37,576 nucleotides of DNA from a virus (taxonomy: Duplodnaviria > Caudoviricetes), in the IMG/VR virus record IMGVR_UViG_3300027571_000033, positions 1 to 37,576 of that record; one strand, 5' to 3'. Under the pieces are notes generated by a model. The model saw nothing but the letters and a program-made list of their open reading frames with translations. It did no database searches and was not told the DNA's origin. Each line of letters opens with the position of its first letter. Position 1 is the first letter of the stretch. Below are positions 1 through 8,359 of the stretch, piece by piece. Made by a program: the position numbers and the translations under genes.

Positions 1-1
1 A

Positions 2-316
2 ATGAGTCAAATACCTTATATTTCAAATCGTTTTGCAATGAAACGATTCTTAGGCATGACAGACGAAGAGCTTGCTGAAAACGAGCGTCTGTGGAGAGAA
101 GAAAATGACGAAACACTATCACCTGGTCCAGGTGATGCAAGTGGAGAATTGAGAGGAGCCGGAATAAGTTCAGCAGGGATCGATGCAGATTTAGGTGGCA
201 TAGAAGATGTAGCAGATGATACAGCAGACCCTGATGTAGGCGCTGATGCAGAAGCACCCGAAACAGCAACAGGTGCACCAGGCACTGACGCCCCAACAAC
301 TGACCAAACGGTATAA
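2..316 (+). CDS. Portal (gp20-like) protein, C-terminal fragment; gene starts upstream of the window
   Basis: The ORF is open from the window edge. PYISNRFAMKRFLGMTDEELAENERLWREE resembles the C-terminal Y.S..+....L.+++EE motif of T4-like portals and is followed by an acidic low-complexity tail. It lies upstream of protease, scaffold and capsid genes, as in T4 gene order. Confidence 0.75.
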   Translation: MSQIPYISNRFAMKRFLGMTDEELAENERLWREENDETLSPGPGDASGELRGAGISSAGIDADLGGIEDVADDTADPDVGADAEAPETATGAPGTDAPTTDQTV

Positions 317-319
317 ATA
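312..319 (+). promoter_or_regulatory. T4-type late promoter (TATAAATA)
   Basis: Exact gp55-type TATAAATA box overlapping the portal stop codon, 5 nt before ATG 325. Confidence 0.7.
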
Positions 320-324
320 CTATT

Positions 325-570
325 ATGATACTACGTGAATTATTTTATTTTGATAAAGAAACATTAGAACCAGTCGAAGATTCATCTTACGACCCAGACC
401 TTGACGATTCAGTAGTTAAGAAAAGCGATACTCGCAAAACAAGACTAACATTATCCCAAATTAACCGCGTCCGCAAAGCAGCCGACATACATACTAAAGA
501 GTCTAGTAAAGAACTTGACTTTATAAAGCAAATGTATGGAATTCCAGCTGTTGAAGCCGGCGGGGTGTAA
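325..570 (+). CDS. Hypothetical protein (81 aa) in head module
   Basis: ORF directly after a late-promoter box; its stop overlaps the next ATG (TAATG). Contains the basic motif DTRKTRLTLSQINRVRK. Confidence 0.7.
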   Translation: MILRELFYFDKETLEPVEDSSYDPDLDDSVVKKSDTRKTRLTLSQINRVRKAADIHTKESSKELDFIKQMYGIPAVEAGGV

Positions 571-1295
571 TGGCGAAGTTAGATAAGTCACAATATACAA
601 AAGAACAATGGCGCAGAATAAAAGAAGCTCGTCGCCAAGAAAAAGCCGCGGCTAAACTTCAGCAACAACAAACTGTTACTCCGTCTGTTAAAGAAATACA
701 CGAATCGTTTCAGCCTAACACAGCATTTGTACTAGGCAACGGTGTAAGCAGAGCCTCAATTGATCCAGAAGATTTAAAAAAGTTAGGTAAAGTTTACGGG
801 TGTAATGCATTATATAGATCATTCGAAGCAGATTGCCTAGTTGCAGTTGATGTTAAAATGATTCTAGAAATTAATAAGTCAAGATATCAACACAAAGTTC
901 CTGTTTGGACAAACCCTAACAAAAGTTTTCAAAACATAAGTGGATTAAATTATTTTTCGCCTAGCAAAGGCTGGAGTAGTGGACCAACAGCACTATGGTT
1001 AGCAAGCCAGCATGGATTTAAGAACATATATATCTTAGGATTCGATTTTCAGGGCATAGATAACGAAAAATTTAACAATTTGTATGCTGATACCATGAAT
1101 TATAAGAAATCTACAGAAGGACCTACGTTTTACGGTAACTGGATGCGTCAAACTAGATCGGTGTTTAAGGACCATACTGATATCAATTACCACAGAATAG
1201 TAACTGACAAAAGTTATATTCCAAAAGACCTTAAAGAAAATACTAACCTTAGTAATTTACATATAGATAAGTTTAAAGAACAATTTAGTTTGTAA
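570..1295 (+). CDS. Maf/DUF115 (MptE-like, CstII-fold) putative nucleotide-sugar transferase, copy 1, with basic N-terminal extension
   Basis: Motifs AFVLGNGVSR, YGCNALY, LVAVD and SSGPTALWLASQHGFKNIYILGFD fit the GNGxS...N...D...SG..A..A...G...IY++G.D pattern of this family. Confidence 0.6.
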   Translation: MAKLDKSQYTKEQWRRIKEARRQEKAAAKLQQQQTVTPSVKEIHESFQPNTAFVLGNGVSRASIDPEDLKKLGKVYGCNALYRSFEADCLVAVDVKMILEINKSRYQHKVPVWTNPNKSFQNISGLNYFSPSKGWSSGPTALWLASQHGFKNIYILGFDFQGIDNEKFNNLYADTMNYKKSTEGPTFYGNWMRQTRSVFKDHTDINYHRIVTDKSYIPKDLKENTNLSNLHIDKFKEQFSL

Positions 1296-1296
1296 T

Positions 1297-1890
1297 ATGA
1301 AAGCAAATACAGCATTTGTTATAGGTAATGGTGTAAGTAGATCAGCAATTGATCTTAACTTACTTAAAAAACACGGAACAGTGTATGCATGTAATGCTGT
1401 ATACCGAGATTATGATCCTGATTACTTAGTTGCTGTTGATCCTAAGATGGTATTTGAAATAAATGAATCGCAATACCAACACAAGTATAATAATGTATGG
1501 ACAAACAAGCATAAACGATTTGAAAATCTTAATGGATTTAATTATTTTGAAAAATCACTTGGTTGGAGTAGCGGCCCAACAGCATTAAGCCTAGCAAGTG
1601 AACACAAAAACAATATTATATACATGCTAGGATTTGATTATATGGGTGTAGACAGCGGGAAACTTTATAATAACATATATGCTAACACTAAAAACTATAT
1701 GAATAAAACAGATAGAGCAACTTATTATCATAACTGGTTGCGACAAACTGAAGATGTTTTTAGAAAAAATCAGCAAATAAAGTACTGTAGAATAATATTA
1801 CCAGATAATTTACAGACTCACAAACTAAATAGTTTTGTCAATTATAGTACAATGTTGATTGACGATTTCCGAGTAAAATTGGGAACCTAA
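1297..1890 (+). CDS. Maf/DUF115-like putative nucleotide-sugar transferase, copy 2 (tandem paralogue)
   Basis: AFVIGNGVSR, YACNAVY, LVAVD, GWSSGPTAL, IYMLGFD, NNIYANTKNY and NWLRQT are all collinear with copy 1. Confidence 0.6.
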   Translation: MKANTAFVIGNGVSRSAIDLNLLKKHGTVYACNAVYRDYDPDYLVAVDPKMVFEINESQYQHKYNNVWTNKHKRFENLNGFNYFEKSLGWSSGPTALSLASEHKNNIIYMLGFDYMGVDSGKLYNNIYANTKNYMNKTDRATYYHNWLRQTEDVFRKNQQIKYCRIILPDNLQTHKLNSFVNYSTMLIDDFRVKLGT

Positions 1891-1950
1891 CCTCACATTT
1901 TACAAAAAAGCTCGTTTTGAGCCTGTTTTAGCACCTATTTTCAACTATAT

Positions 1951-1958
1951 AGTAAATA
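1951..1958 (+). promoter_or_regulatory. Late promoter-like box (AGTAAATA-CTAGT)
   Basis: Intergenic TAAATAC matching the other boxes in the window; an AGGAG RBS lies downstream before ATG 2004. Confidence 0.55.
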
Positions 1959-2003
1959 CTAGTGACAGCCTTACCATAGGTAAACATTTTATAGGAGACA
2001 AAA

Positions 2004-2921
2004 ATGGCAGATCAAAATAAGTTTGAAAGTATGCTAGAAAAGCTCGTCAACGAAGACAGAGCTGGAGCAGAAGAATTATTTCACGAAATCGTAGTTGAAA
2101 AATCAAGAGATATCTACGAATCATTATTAGAAGACGACTTAGCAGAAGTTGAAGAAACAGCTGCTGAAGTTGAAGAAGCTACTGACGAAGAAGTCGATGA
2201 AGCTACTGACGAAGAAGTTGATGAAGCATCTGAAGATGACGATGCTGAAGAAGTTGCAGAAGACTTTGACCTAGACGAATTTGAAGTAGAAGCAGACCCA
2301 ATGGAAGCAGACCCAGCAGATGACATGATGGGCGACATTGAAGATGCAATGGACGGCGAAGAAGATAGCGGCGAAGAAGAAATTGAAGATAGAGTTGTTG
2401 ATTTAGAAGACGCATTAGACGATCTTAAATCAGAATTTGAAAAAATGATGGCTGGCGACGAAGACGAAGCTGGTGATGAAGACGAAGCTGGCGACGAAGA
2501 CGAAGCTGGTGACGAAGATGACGATTCAGAAGAAGAGTCATTTAACTTTGAGTCAACTGACGAAGAAGTTGAAGAAGCTACTGACGAAGAAGTTGAAGAA
2601 GCAGATGATGAAAAATCAGAAGCAGAAACAATGCGTGAGTATGTTGAAAAAGTAACACCTAAAATGGGCGACAATGGCGCAAATGCTAAGTCGGTTGTAG
2701 CTGGTGCTAACAACATGGGCGGAGAAGCTGGAAACATTGCACAAGGCGGTGAAGAAAGTGGACGCACAGCAGATTCAGCAAAAGAAGAAGATGCAGGCAA
2801 TGTAAATAAGCCAGGCGGAAAAGCTTCTAAATCTTTAAAAGGTGATTCAAAAGGCCACGGCGCAGAGAAGAAAAGCGCAGGCGAAACTGCAGACAACAAG
2901 AAATCTGTTGTTGGCAAGTAA
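2004..2921 (+). CDS. Highly acidic prohead core/internal scaffold protein (occupying the T4 gp67/gp68 position)
   Basis: Very Glu/Asp-rich with internal repeats and a Lys/Gly-rich C-terminus; AGGAG RBS; immediately upstream of the prohead protease. Confidence 0.6.
   Translation: MADQNKFESMLEKLVNEDRAGAEELFHEIVVEKSRDIYESLLEDDLAEVEETAAEVEEATDEEVDEATDEEVDEASEDDDAEEVAEDFDLDEFEVEADPMEADPADDMMGDIEDAMDGEEDSGEEEIEDRVVDLEDALDDLKSEFEKMMAGDEDEAGDEDEAGDEDEAGDEDDDSEEESFNFESTDEEVEEATDEEVEEADDEKSEAETMREYVEKVTPKMGDNGANAKSVVAGANNMGGEAGNIAQGGEESGRTADSAKEEDAGNVNKPGGKASKSLKGDSKGHGAEKKSAGETADNKKSVVGK
2451..2522 (+). repeat. 18-bp tandem repeat x4 encoding AGDEDE/AGDEDD
   Basis: gctggYgaYgaagaYgaa repeated four times (last codon gac in copy 4). 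Confidence 0.9.
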
Positions 2922-2936
2922 ATTAGGAAAATCTGA

Positions 2937-3560
2937 ATGAAAAACCTACGAGAGACATTGACATTTGACCAAGCTAATATGGTTATTGAGTCTGCTAACG
3001 AGGGAAAAGACTTATACCTTAAGGGTATTTGTATACAGGGCGGGGTGCGTAATGCTAACCAACGTGTATATCCTGTAAAAGAAATTGGCAGGGCTGTCAA
3101 AACTCTCAATGATCAAATACAAGGAGGATATAGTGTTCTCGGAGAAGTTGATCATCCAGAAGGACTTAATATTAACCTAGACCGTGTATCACACATGATT
3201 GAATCAACATGGATGGACGGCGCTAATGGTTACGGAAAGATGAAAATTTTACCAACCCCAATGGGACAACTAGTTAAAACAATGCTGGAAAGCGGAGTTA
3301 AACTAGGTGTTTCATCGAGGGGCTCTGGTAACGTATCAGAAGACGGGTCCGGTGAAGTATCGGACTTTGAAATTATTACTGTGGACGTTGTGGCTCAGCC
3401 TAGCGCCCCAGGAGCATATCCTACACCAATCTACGAGCATTTAATGAATGCACGTGGAGGAATGGCAGCATATGAATTAGCACAGGCAACAAAACAAGAC
3501 CCCAAGGCACAGAAATACTTAAAAGAATCGCTGATTAACATAATCAGTCGACTCCAATAA
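2937..3560 (+). CDS. Prohead protease (T4 gp21-like)
   Basis: LYLKGICIQGGVRNANQRVYP, LGEVDHP (catalytic His), NLDRVSH, KILPTPMG, LGVSSRGSG (catalytic Ser) and DVVAQPSAPGA are hallmark gp21 motifs. Confidence 0.95.
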   Translation: MKNLRETLTFDQANMVIESANEGKDLYLKGICIQGGVRNANQRVYPVKEIGRAVKTLNDQIQGGYSVLGEVDHPEGLNINLDRVSHMIESTWMDGANGYGKMKILPTPMGQLVKTMLESGVKLGVSSRGSGNVSEDGSGEVSDFEIITVDVVAQPSAPGAYPTPIYEHLMNARGGMAAYELAQATKQDPKAQKYLKESLINIISRLQ

Positions 3561-3572
3561 AAGGAGATTAAT

Positions 3573-4664
3573 ATGTTGGATGCATTAAAAACACTTTTTG
3601 AAAACGATGTAGTTTCAGAAGATGTGCGTCAACAAATTCAAGAAGCATGGGACCAAAGGGTGATCGAAAATCGCCAAGCGGTAACAGCAGAACTACGTGA
3701 AGAGTTTGCACAAAAATATGAGCATGATAAGTCAACTATGGTTGAAGCTATTGACTCATTAGTAAGTGAAAAACTAGCAGAGGAAATTTCAGAATTCACT
3801 GAAGACCGTAAACAACTAGCAGAAGCAAAAGCAAAATATGCAGTAGCAATGCGTGAAAACGCAACGTTAATGAAAGATTTTGTTATTGATCAGTTAGGTG
3901 CAGAGGTATCCGAGCTACACGAAGACCAAAAAGCTATGGCTGAAAACTTTAGCAAATTGGAAGAATTTGTCGTCGAGCAACTTGCACAAGAAATTGCAGA
4001 ATTTGCAGAAGATAAAAAAGACTTAGCAGAAACCAAGGTTAAACTTGTAAAAGAAGCTAAATCACACTTCGCTAAAGTTAAAACAGACTTTATCGAAAGA
4101 AGTGCTACTAAGGTATCTGAAATTGTTGAATCAACACTTAACAGTGAGATTGGACAACTTAAAGAAGATATCGAAGAGGCACGAAGAAACGACTTTGGTC
4201 GTAAGTTGTTTGAAGCATTCGCTAGCGAATATTCAAATAGCTACCTAAACGAAAAGTCGGAAACTGCTAAACTAATGCAGGTTATTGGTGTTAAAGACCA
4301 GCAACTAGCAGAAGCAAAGACGTTTGCGACAAAGGCAAAACAATTAGCTGAATCAGTTACTGTTGAAAAGCAGAGACTAATTGAATCAGCAAAAAGAGCA
4401 AGTGTTCTAAACGAACTGACTGCACCTTTATCGAAAGACCAAAAGGACATAATGTCAGATCTACTGGAATCCGTTCAAACTCCAAAACTACGTGCGGCGT
4501 TTGATAAGTACTTACCTACTGTTATTGACGGTAATACTCCAGCTAAAAAGAAGGCGCTTACAGAAGGCAAAGAAATCACAGGCAATAGAGAAGAAATGAC
4601 AACAAACAGTAGACAAGCAGAGGACAATAATGTCGTTGACATTCGTCGTCTAGCTGGATTATAA
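3573..4664 (+). CDS. Prohead scaffolding/core protein (T4 gp22-like)
   Basis: Long acidic coiled-coil protein between protease and capsid genes; AAGGAG RBS. Confidence 0.85.
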   Translation: MLDALKTLFENDVVSEDVRQQIQEAWDQRVIENRQAVTAELREEFAQKYEHDKSTMVEAIDSLVSEKLAEEISEFTEDRKQLAEAKAKYAVAMRENATLMKDFVIDQLGAEVSELHEDQKAMAENFSKLEEFVVEQLAQEIAEFAEDKKDLAETKVKLVKEAKSHFAKVKTDFIERSATKVSEIVESTLNSEIGQLKEDIEEARRNDFGRKLFEAFASEYSNSYLNEKSETAKLMQVIGVKDQQLAEAKTFATKAKQLAESVTVEKQRLIESAKRASVLNELTAPLSKDQKDIMSDLLESVQTPKLRAAFDKYLPTVIDGNTPAKKKALTEGKEITGNREEMTTNSRQAEDNNVVDIRRLAGL

Positions 4665-4678
4665 ATAAGGAGATAATT

Positions 4679-5854
4679 ATGTCAGAACTACTAGAAAGTC
4701 GCTGGCAGGAAACCAAAGGCGCACTTCTTGAAGGCTTAAACGGCAACAAGAAAAGCGTGATGGCTGCTACACTTGAGAATACTCGTAAGTATTTGTCAGA
4801 GAGTGCAACAGCTGGTGCAAGTTCCGCCGGTAACGTCGCAACCTTAAATCGTGTGATCCTTCCAGTGATCAGACGTGTAATGCCAACCGTTATTGCTAAC
4901 GAGTTAGTTGGTGTACAACCTATGACTGGACCAGTTGGTCAAATCCACACATTGAGAGTACGTTATGCAGATGCAGTAAACTCAACTAATGGTACAGACA
5001 CAGCAGCTGGTGACGAGGCGTTAAGCCCATTCAAGATTGCTGAAGCGTATTCAGGTGCTTTAGATGATAAAGCAGCTGCTACATCAGCGTTAGAAGGCTC
5101 AGCTGGTAACAGACTAAGCATTCAAATCTTGAAGCAAACTGTAGAAGCGAAATCCAGAAAGCTATCAGCTCGTTGGACTTTTGAAGCTGCTCAGGATGCA
5201 CAATCACAGCACGGTATTGATGTTGAAGCAGAAATTATGGCTGCATTAGCACAAGAAATTACTGCTGAGATTGACCAAGAAGTAATTGCTAGTCTTTACA
5301 GCCTAGCAGGATCTGCAGAGTCAGACGTACAGTATGACCAATCAGGTGTTAGCGGAACAGCTACATTTGTTGGTGATGAGCACGCCGCTTTAGCAGTGAT
5401 GATAAACAGAGCAGCTAACAAAATTGCTCAGCGCACAAGACGTGGCGCTGGTAACTTTGCTGTTGTTTCACCACATACCTTAACAGTATTACAAAGTGCT
5501 ACTACTTCAGCGTTCGCAAGAACAACTGAAGGTTCTTTTGAAGCACCTACTAATACTAAGCTAGTTGGTACATTAAACAATGCAATGAAAGTATATGTTA
5601 ACACATACGCTTCAGACGCAACTGATGTATTAGTTGGTTATAAAGGTTCAAGTGAATCAGACGCAGCTGCATTCTATTGCCCATATATTCCATTAATGAG
5701 CAGTGGAGTTGTATTAGACCCAGACACATTCGAACCTGTTGTGAGCTTCATGACACGTTACGGATATGTTGAGTTAAACAACACAGCATCATCTCTTGGT
5801 AACGCAGCTGACTACTTGGCACGTGTAAGCGTAGCTAACGTAAGCTTCAGTTAA
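4679..5854 (+). CDS. Major capsid protein (T4 gp23-like)
   Basis: LPVIRRVMP, GVQPMTGPVGQI, VEAKSRKLSARWTFEAAQD, HGIDVEAE, EITAEIDQE, RRGAGNF, FYCPYIPL and FMTRYG are gp23-family motifs. Strong RBS and a downstream terminator. Confidence 0.97.
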   Translation: MSELLESRWQETKGALLEGLNGNKKSVMAATLENTRKYLSESATAGASSAGNVATLNRVILPVIRRVMPTVIANELVGVQPMTGPVGQIHTLRVRYADAVNSTNGTDTAAGDEALSPFKIAEAYSGALDDKAAATSALEGSAGNRLSIQILKQTVEAKSRKLSARWTFEAAQDAQSQHGIDVEAEIMAALAQEITAEIDQEVIASLYSLAGSAESDVQYDQSGVSGTATFVGDEHAALAVMINRAANKIAQRTRRGAGNFAVVSPHTLTVLQSATTSAFARTTEGSFEAPTNTKLVGTLNNAMKVYVNTYASDATDVLVGYKGSSESDAAAFYCPYIPLMSSGVVLDPDTFEPVVSFMTRYGYVELNNTASSLGNAADYLARVSVANVSFS

Positions 5855-5877
5855 GTTTTACTAATAGTAAAAGCACT

Positions 5878-5905
5878 AAACAGGACCTTCGGGTCCTGTT
5901 TTTTT
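5878..5905 (+). terminator. Rho-independent terminator after the capsid gene
   Basis: AAACAGGACC-TTCG-GGTCCTG-TTTTTTT: perfect stem, cUUCGg tetraloop, 7-T tract. Confidence 0.95.
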
Positions 5906-5908
5906 ATG

Positions 5909-5916
5909 ACTAAATA
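5909..5916 (+). promoter_or_regulatory. Late promoter-like box (ACTAAATA)
   Basis: Directly after the terminator and 5 nt before ATG 5922, the same geometry as the 312 box. Confidence 0.6.
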
Positions 5917-5921
5917 TTAGT

Positions 5922-6329
5922 ATGAAGGACGAATACATTCCTATAATGTATGATATCGTACAAGATACTTCACTTAACACTGGAGTACAACTTCCTGTTG
6001 AAGTAGAACACTACATTGTTGCATTACTAGCTTCGCATGTTGATAAACCAGACTTTCTTCCAAGAACACTTGCTGAGTCGTATCTAACTATTTCTAATTA
6101 TAGAGATGCAAAAACACTCGGTGACACATGCTTATTTGTTGCAGGAATTTTTCCTGACTATAAATTAAATTCTAAGTACGTAAGTGATGTAGGAAAGTCT
6201 AGTTACATACACGCATCAGAAACTATACGTAACGATTTATTTAAAACATTAGGAATACATTTTGACTTCCTTAGTCAATTTTTAAATAGCGTTCAAGATA
6301 AGAACTCTTTGAGAACTAACTTCTTTTGA
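5922..6329 (+). CDS. Hypothetical helical protein (135 aa)
   Basis: Clean ORF between two promoter boxes; motif LGDTCLFVAGIFP...YVSDVGKSSY. Confidence 0.7.
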   Translation: MKDEYIPIMYDIVQDTSLNTGVQLPVEVEHYIVALLASHVDKPDFLPRTLAESYLTISNYRDAKTLGDTCLFVAGIFPDYKLNSKYVSDVGKSSYIHASETIRNDLFKTLGIHFDFLSQFLNSVQDKNSLRTNFF

Positions 6330-6335
6330 TAAATA
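6328..6335 (+). promoter_or_regulatory. Late promoter-like box (GATAAATA)
   Basis: TAAATAC box overlapping the upstream stop codon and preceding a structured leader. Confidence 0.6.
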
Positions 6336-6344
6336 CATATGTCA

Positions 6345-6416
6345 AATAGTGTGCCGCAAGGCGGACTTATGCTGTACCAACAGCGTAGCCCATAGAACGG
6401 GCATAGGACTACTATT
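6345..6416 (+). ncRNA. Candidate cis-regulatory structured RNA (four-way junction) in 5' leader
   Basis: P1 6345-6351/6410-6416; P2 GCC-GCAA-GGC 6353-6362; P3 6368-6375/6380-6387; P4 GCCC-ATAGAAC-GGGC 6388-6402. A GC-rich island in AT-rich DNA that ends just before the RBS. Confidence 0.6.
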
Positions 6417-6430
6417 ATAGGAGAAAAAAA

Positions 6431-6880
6431 ATGGGAAGACCACTAAACAAAAGATTATTCGGAGCACCAACAGCTGGTGGGAGCGAAATCAAAATAAACT
6501 TTCATAATGGCACAGCCGTTAAAGAAGGTTATATCGTAAAGCAAGTAGGATCAAAAAAGTTTGTATGTGAAGAAATCGGTACAGGCGGAGAATTTACTTG
6601 TACGCTAACAACTGGTAAATTGCCAGCGGCATTAGCGGCAGGTGAAATGGCTATTTCATTCAAAATGGACGATGCAGAAACATACACAGTAAGTAAAATT
6701 GCTGGACGTAAAGTTACTTTGTCAGCACCAAGTGCAACAGGCAGTAATGCTTATGATGGCAAGAGTGTTCCATGGAACTTTGCAACATCTACTACAGATG
6801 GCGCAGCACAAGTTGAAGAAGCTGGTGATGATAACACATTAATCGGATCTGATGACGACGACTTTACAGAAGACGCATAA
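6431..6880 (+). CDS. Probable virion structural protein (149 aa), possibly capsid-associated
   Basis: AGGAG RBS, its own late promoter and structured leader, close to the capsid gene; Gly/Ala/Thr-rich and beta-like. Confidence 0.55.
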   Translation: MGRPLNKRLFGAPTAGGSEIKINFHNGTAVKEGYIVKQVGSKKFVCEEIGTGGEFTCTLTTGKLPAALAAGEMAISFKMDDAETYTVSKIAGRKVTLSAPSATGSNAYDGKSVPWNFATSTTDGAAQVEEAGDDNTLIGSDDDDFTEDA

Positions 6881-6891
6881 GGATTAACTTA

Positions 6892-7254
6892 ATGAAACAA
6901 CCAATAAATGTTTTTTGGAACCTTTATAATCTGTTAAAAGATTTGGTTGTTTCTGTAAAGATTGGTAGCTCTAAGGCAGATCCTTATGGTTCTGTTTTAG
7001 AGCAACTTAGCAGTACACAATTTAAAGTTACTGACAATGAAGGAAATGAAGGTGTGTGTGAATTAGTTGATAAAACTATAGATCAGTTAAATGACAACGA
7101 GATGTCTTTAACTGGAGTTATACTACAAAGTTCTGCATTTATTTTCATTGCATCAATTGTTGATAATATAATGATAGATTATAAAAATAACAGATACAGT
7201 TGGGACATTCATAATGACTCTACTGCAAATATATTAATTTTAACAGGGACCTAA
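6892..7254 (+). CDS. Hypothetical protein (120 aa), diverged paralogue of 6431..6880
   Basis: GSVLEQLSSTQFKV...GVCELV...LNDNEMSL aligns with GYIVKQVGSKKFVC...FTCTLT...LAAGEMAI. Confidence 0.6.
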   Translation: MKQPINVFWNLYNLLKDLVVSVKIGSSKADPYGSVLEQLSSTQFKVTDNEGNEGVCELVDKTIDQLNDNEMSLTGVILQSSAFIFIASIVDNIMIDYKNNRYSWDIHNDSTANILILTGT

Positions 7255-7257
7255 CAA

Positions 7258-8349
7258 ATGGCAAGATATTCTAAAATAGACGGTGATTATATCCTAGCTG
7301 TTACAGACGGCGGAGAAATAAAACTTGACGTAGGGCCAAATAGCAGTGGCGGTACTGTTCGAATTACAGGTGACTTAGTTGTTGAAGGAGAAACTACAAC
7401 TATTCAAACATCTGAAATGAAAATTGAAGATAGAATTATTACACTTAACCAAACAAGTGCTGCTATATCATCTGTTCCTGGTAGAGTAGCAGGCCTTGAA
7501 GTATATAGAGGATCAGCTGATGAAGTTTACTTTGTATTCGACGAGGACGTTGAAAATGGACCAGGCAACTTACTTGGATACGGTGCATGGGCGGCTAGAA
7601 AAGTAGTTCCGTCAACATCAGGTTCAACGTTATTAGGACTTCAAACAAACAGCATTGATACTAAAGGTGCTAGTTTATATCTTATAAACCAAGGCAGTGG
7701 TGCTATTGTTACCGTTGAAGGTTGTGTTGATTATCATGAAAACATATATCCTTACGTAACACCAGGCGGTAATGACATTGATGTTAACGCAGCTATTACA
7801 AAGCCCGATGGACTTGTTAATGCACAAGGCGTTGCAGATTATACACAATCATTCTTCCAAGGTAGATTCCAAGATAAAATTCAAGAAGGCGTAACTACAA
7901 CATCATCAGTTGAAGTATTTGACATTGAAGTTGCAGGAGCATTAGATCCTACTAATGTAGGATACCGAGCAGAAAGCCAAATTGAATTTGAATTAGATGG
8001 CACAGTAGTAAGTAGATTTTTTGGCGACAGAGTACAATTACAACACGTTAAAATTACTGATACTACAATATCAACTACTTCAGCAAGTGACTTAATATTA
8101 AAGGCTCCTGGAACCAATAATATAAGAATAGATGATATACTACACTTAACACCAGGACCGTTTGAAAATGATGCTAATTTGGGAGTTGACGGCGATACAA
8201 CAAAACCTGACTACCCAACATCAGGAATTAAAGTGTATGCTGATACCGAATCAGTTGGCGGAACAGGCTTACATTTTGTAAATAGTAATAACAAAGCAGA
8301 TGAAGTAATTAGTCGTAATAGGGCTATATTATATTCAATGATATTTTAG
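7258..8349 (+). CDS. Fibre/baseplate-like structural protein (363 aa)
   Basis: ITGDLVVEGETTTI...IEDRIITLN fibre-type motif, one DLILKAPGT unit like the repeats of the giant fibres, and a hydrophobic C-terminus (AILYSMIF). Confidence 0.6.
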   Translation: MARYSKIDGDYILAVTDGGEIKLDVGPNSSGGTVRITGDLVVEGETTTIQTSEMKIEDRIITLNQTSAAISSVPGRVAGLEVYRGSADEVYFVFDEDVENGPGNLLGYGAWAARKVVPSTSGSTLLGLQTNSIDTKGASLYLINQGSGAIVTVEGCVDYHENIYPYVTPGGNDIDVNAAITKPDGLVNAQGVADYTQSFFQGRFQDKIQEGVTTTSSVEVFDIEVAGALDPTNVGYRAESQIEFELDGTVVSRFFGDRVQLQHVKITDTTISTTSASDLILKAPGTNNIRIDDILHLTPGPFENDANLGVDGDTTKPDYPTSGIKVYADTESVGGTGLHFVNSNNKADEVISRNRAILYSMIF

Positions 8350-8359
8350 AGGACAGACA

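Noticed and set aside
1908-1930. Possible terminator GCTC-GTTTT-GAGC-CTGTTTT after the transferase pair
   Set aside because: Only a 4-bp stem with an interrupted U tract; too weak to call.
2114-3109. 331-aa Ser-rich minus-strand ORF
   Set aside because: Antisense shadow of GAA/GAC/GAT-rich acidic codons; it overlaps two well-supported plus-strand genes and has low complexity.
4660-4667. Perfect TATAAATA before the capsid gene (and AGTAAATA at 36628-36635)
   Set aside because: Both overlap a stop codon and abut the RBS, so +1 would fall after the SD. They may be coincidental stop-plus-RBS sequence; not called, though not excluded.
6345-6416. tRNA gene
   Set aside because: Cloverleaf-like, but it has no TTCRA T-loop, no 7-nt anticodon loop, no D-loop GG and no CCA; kept only as a candidate structured leader.
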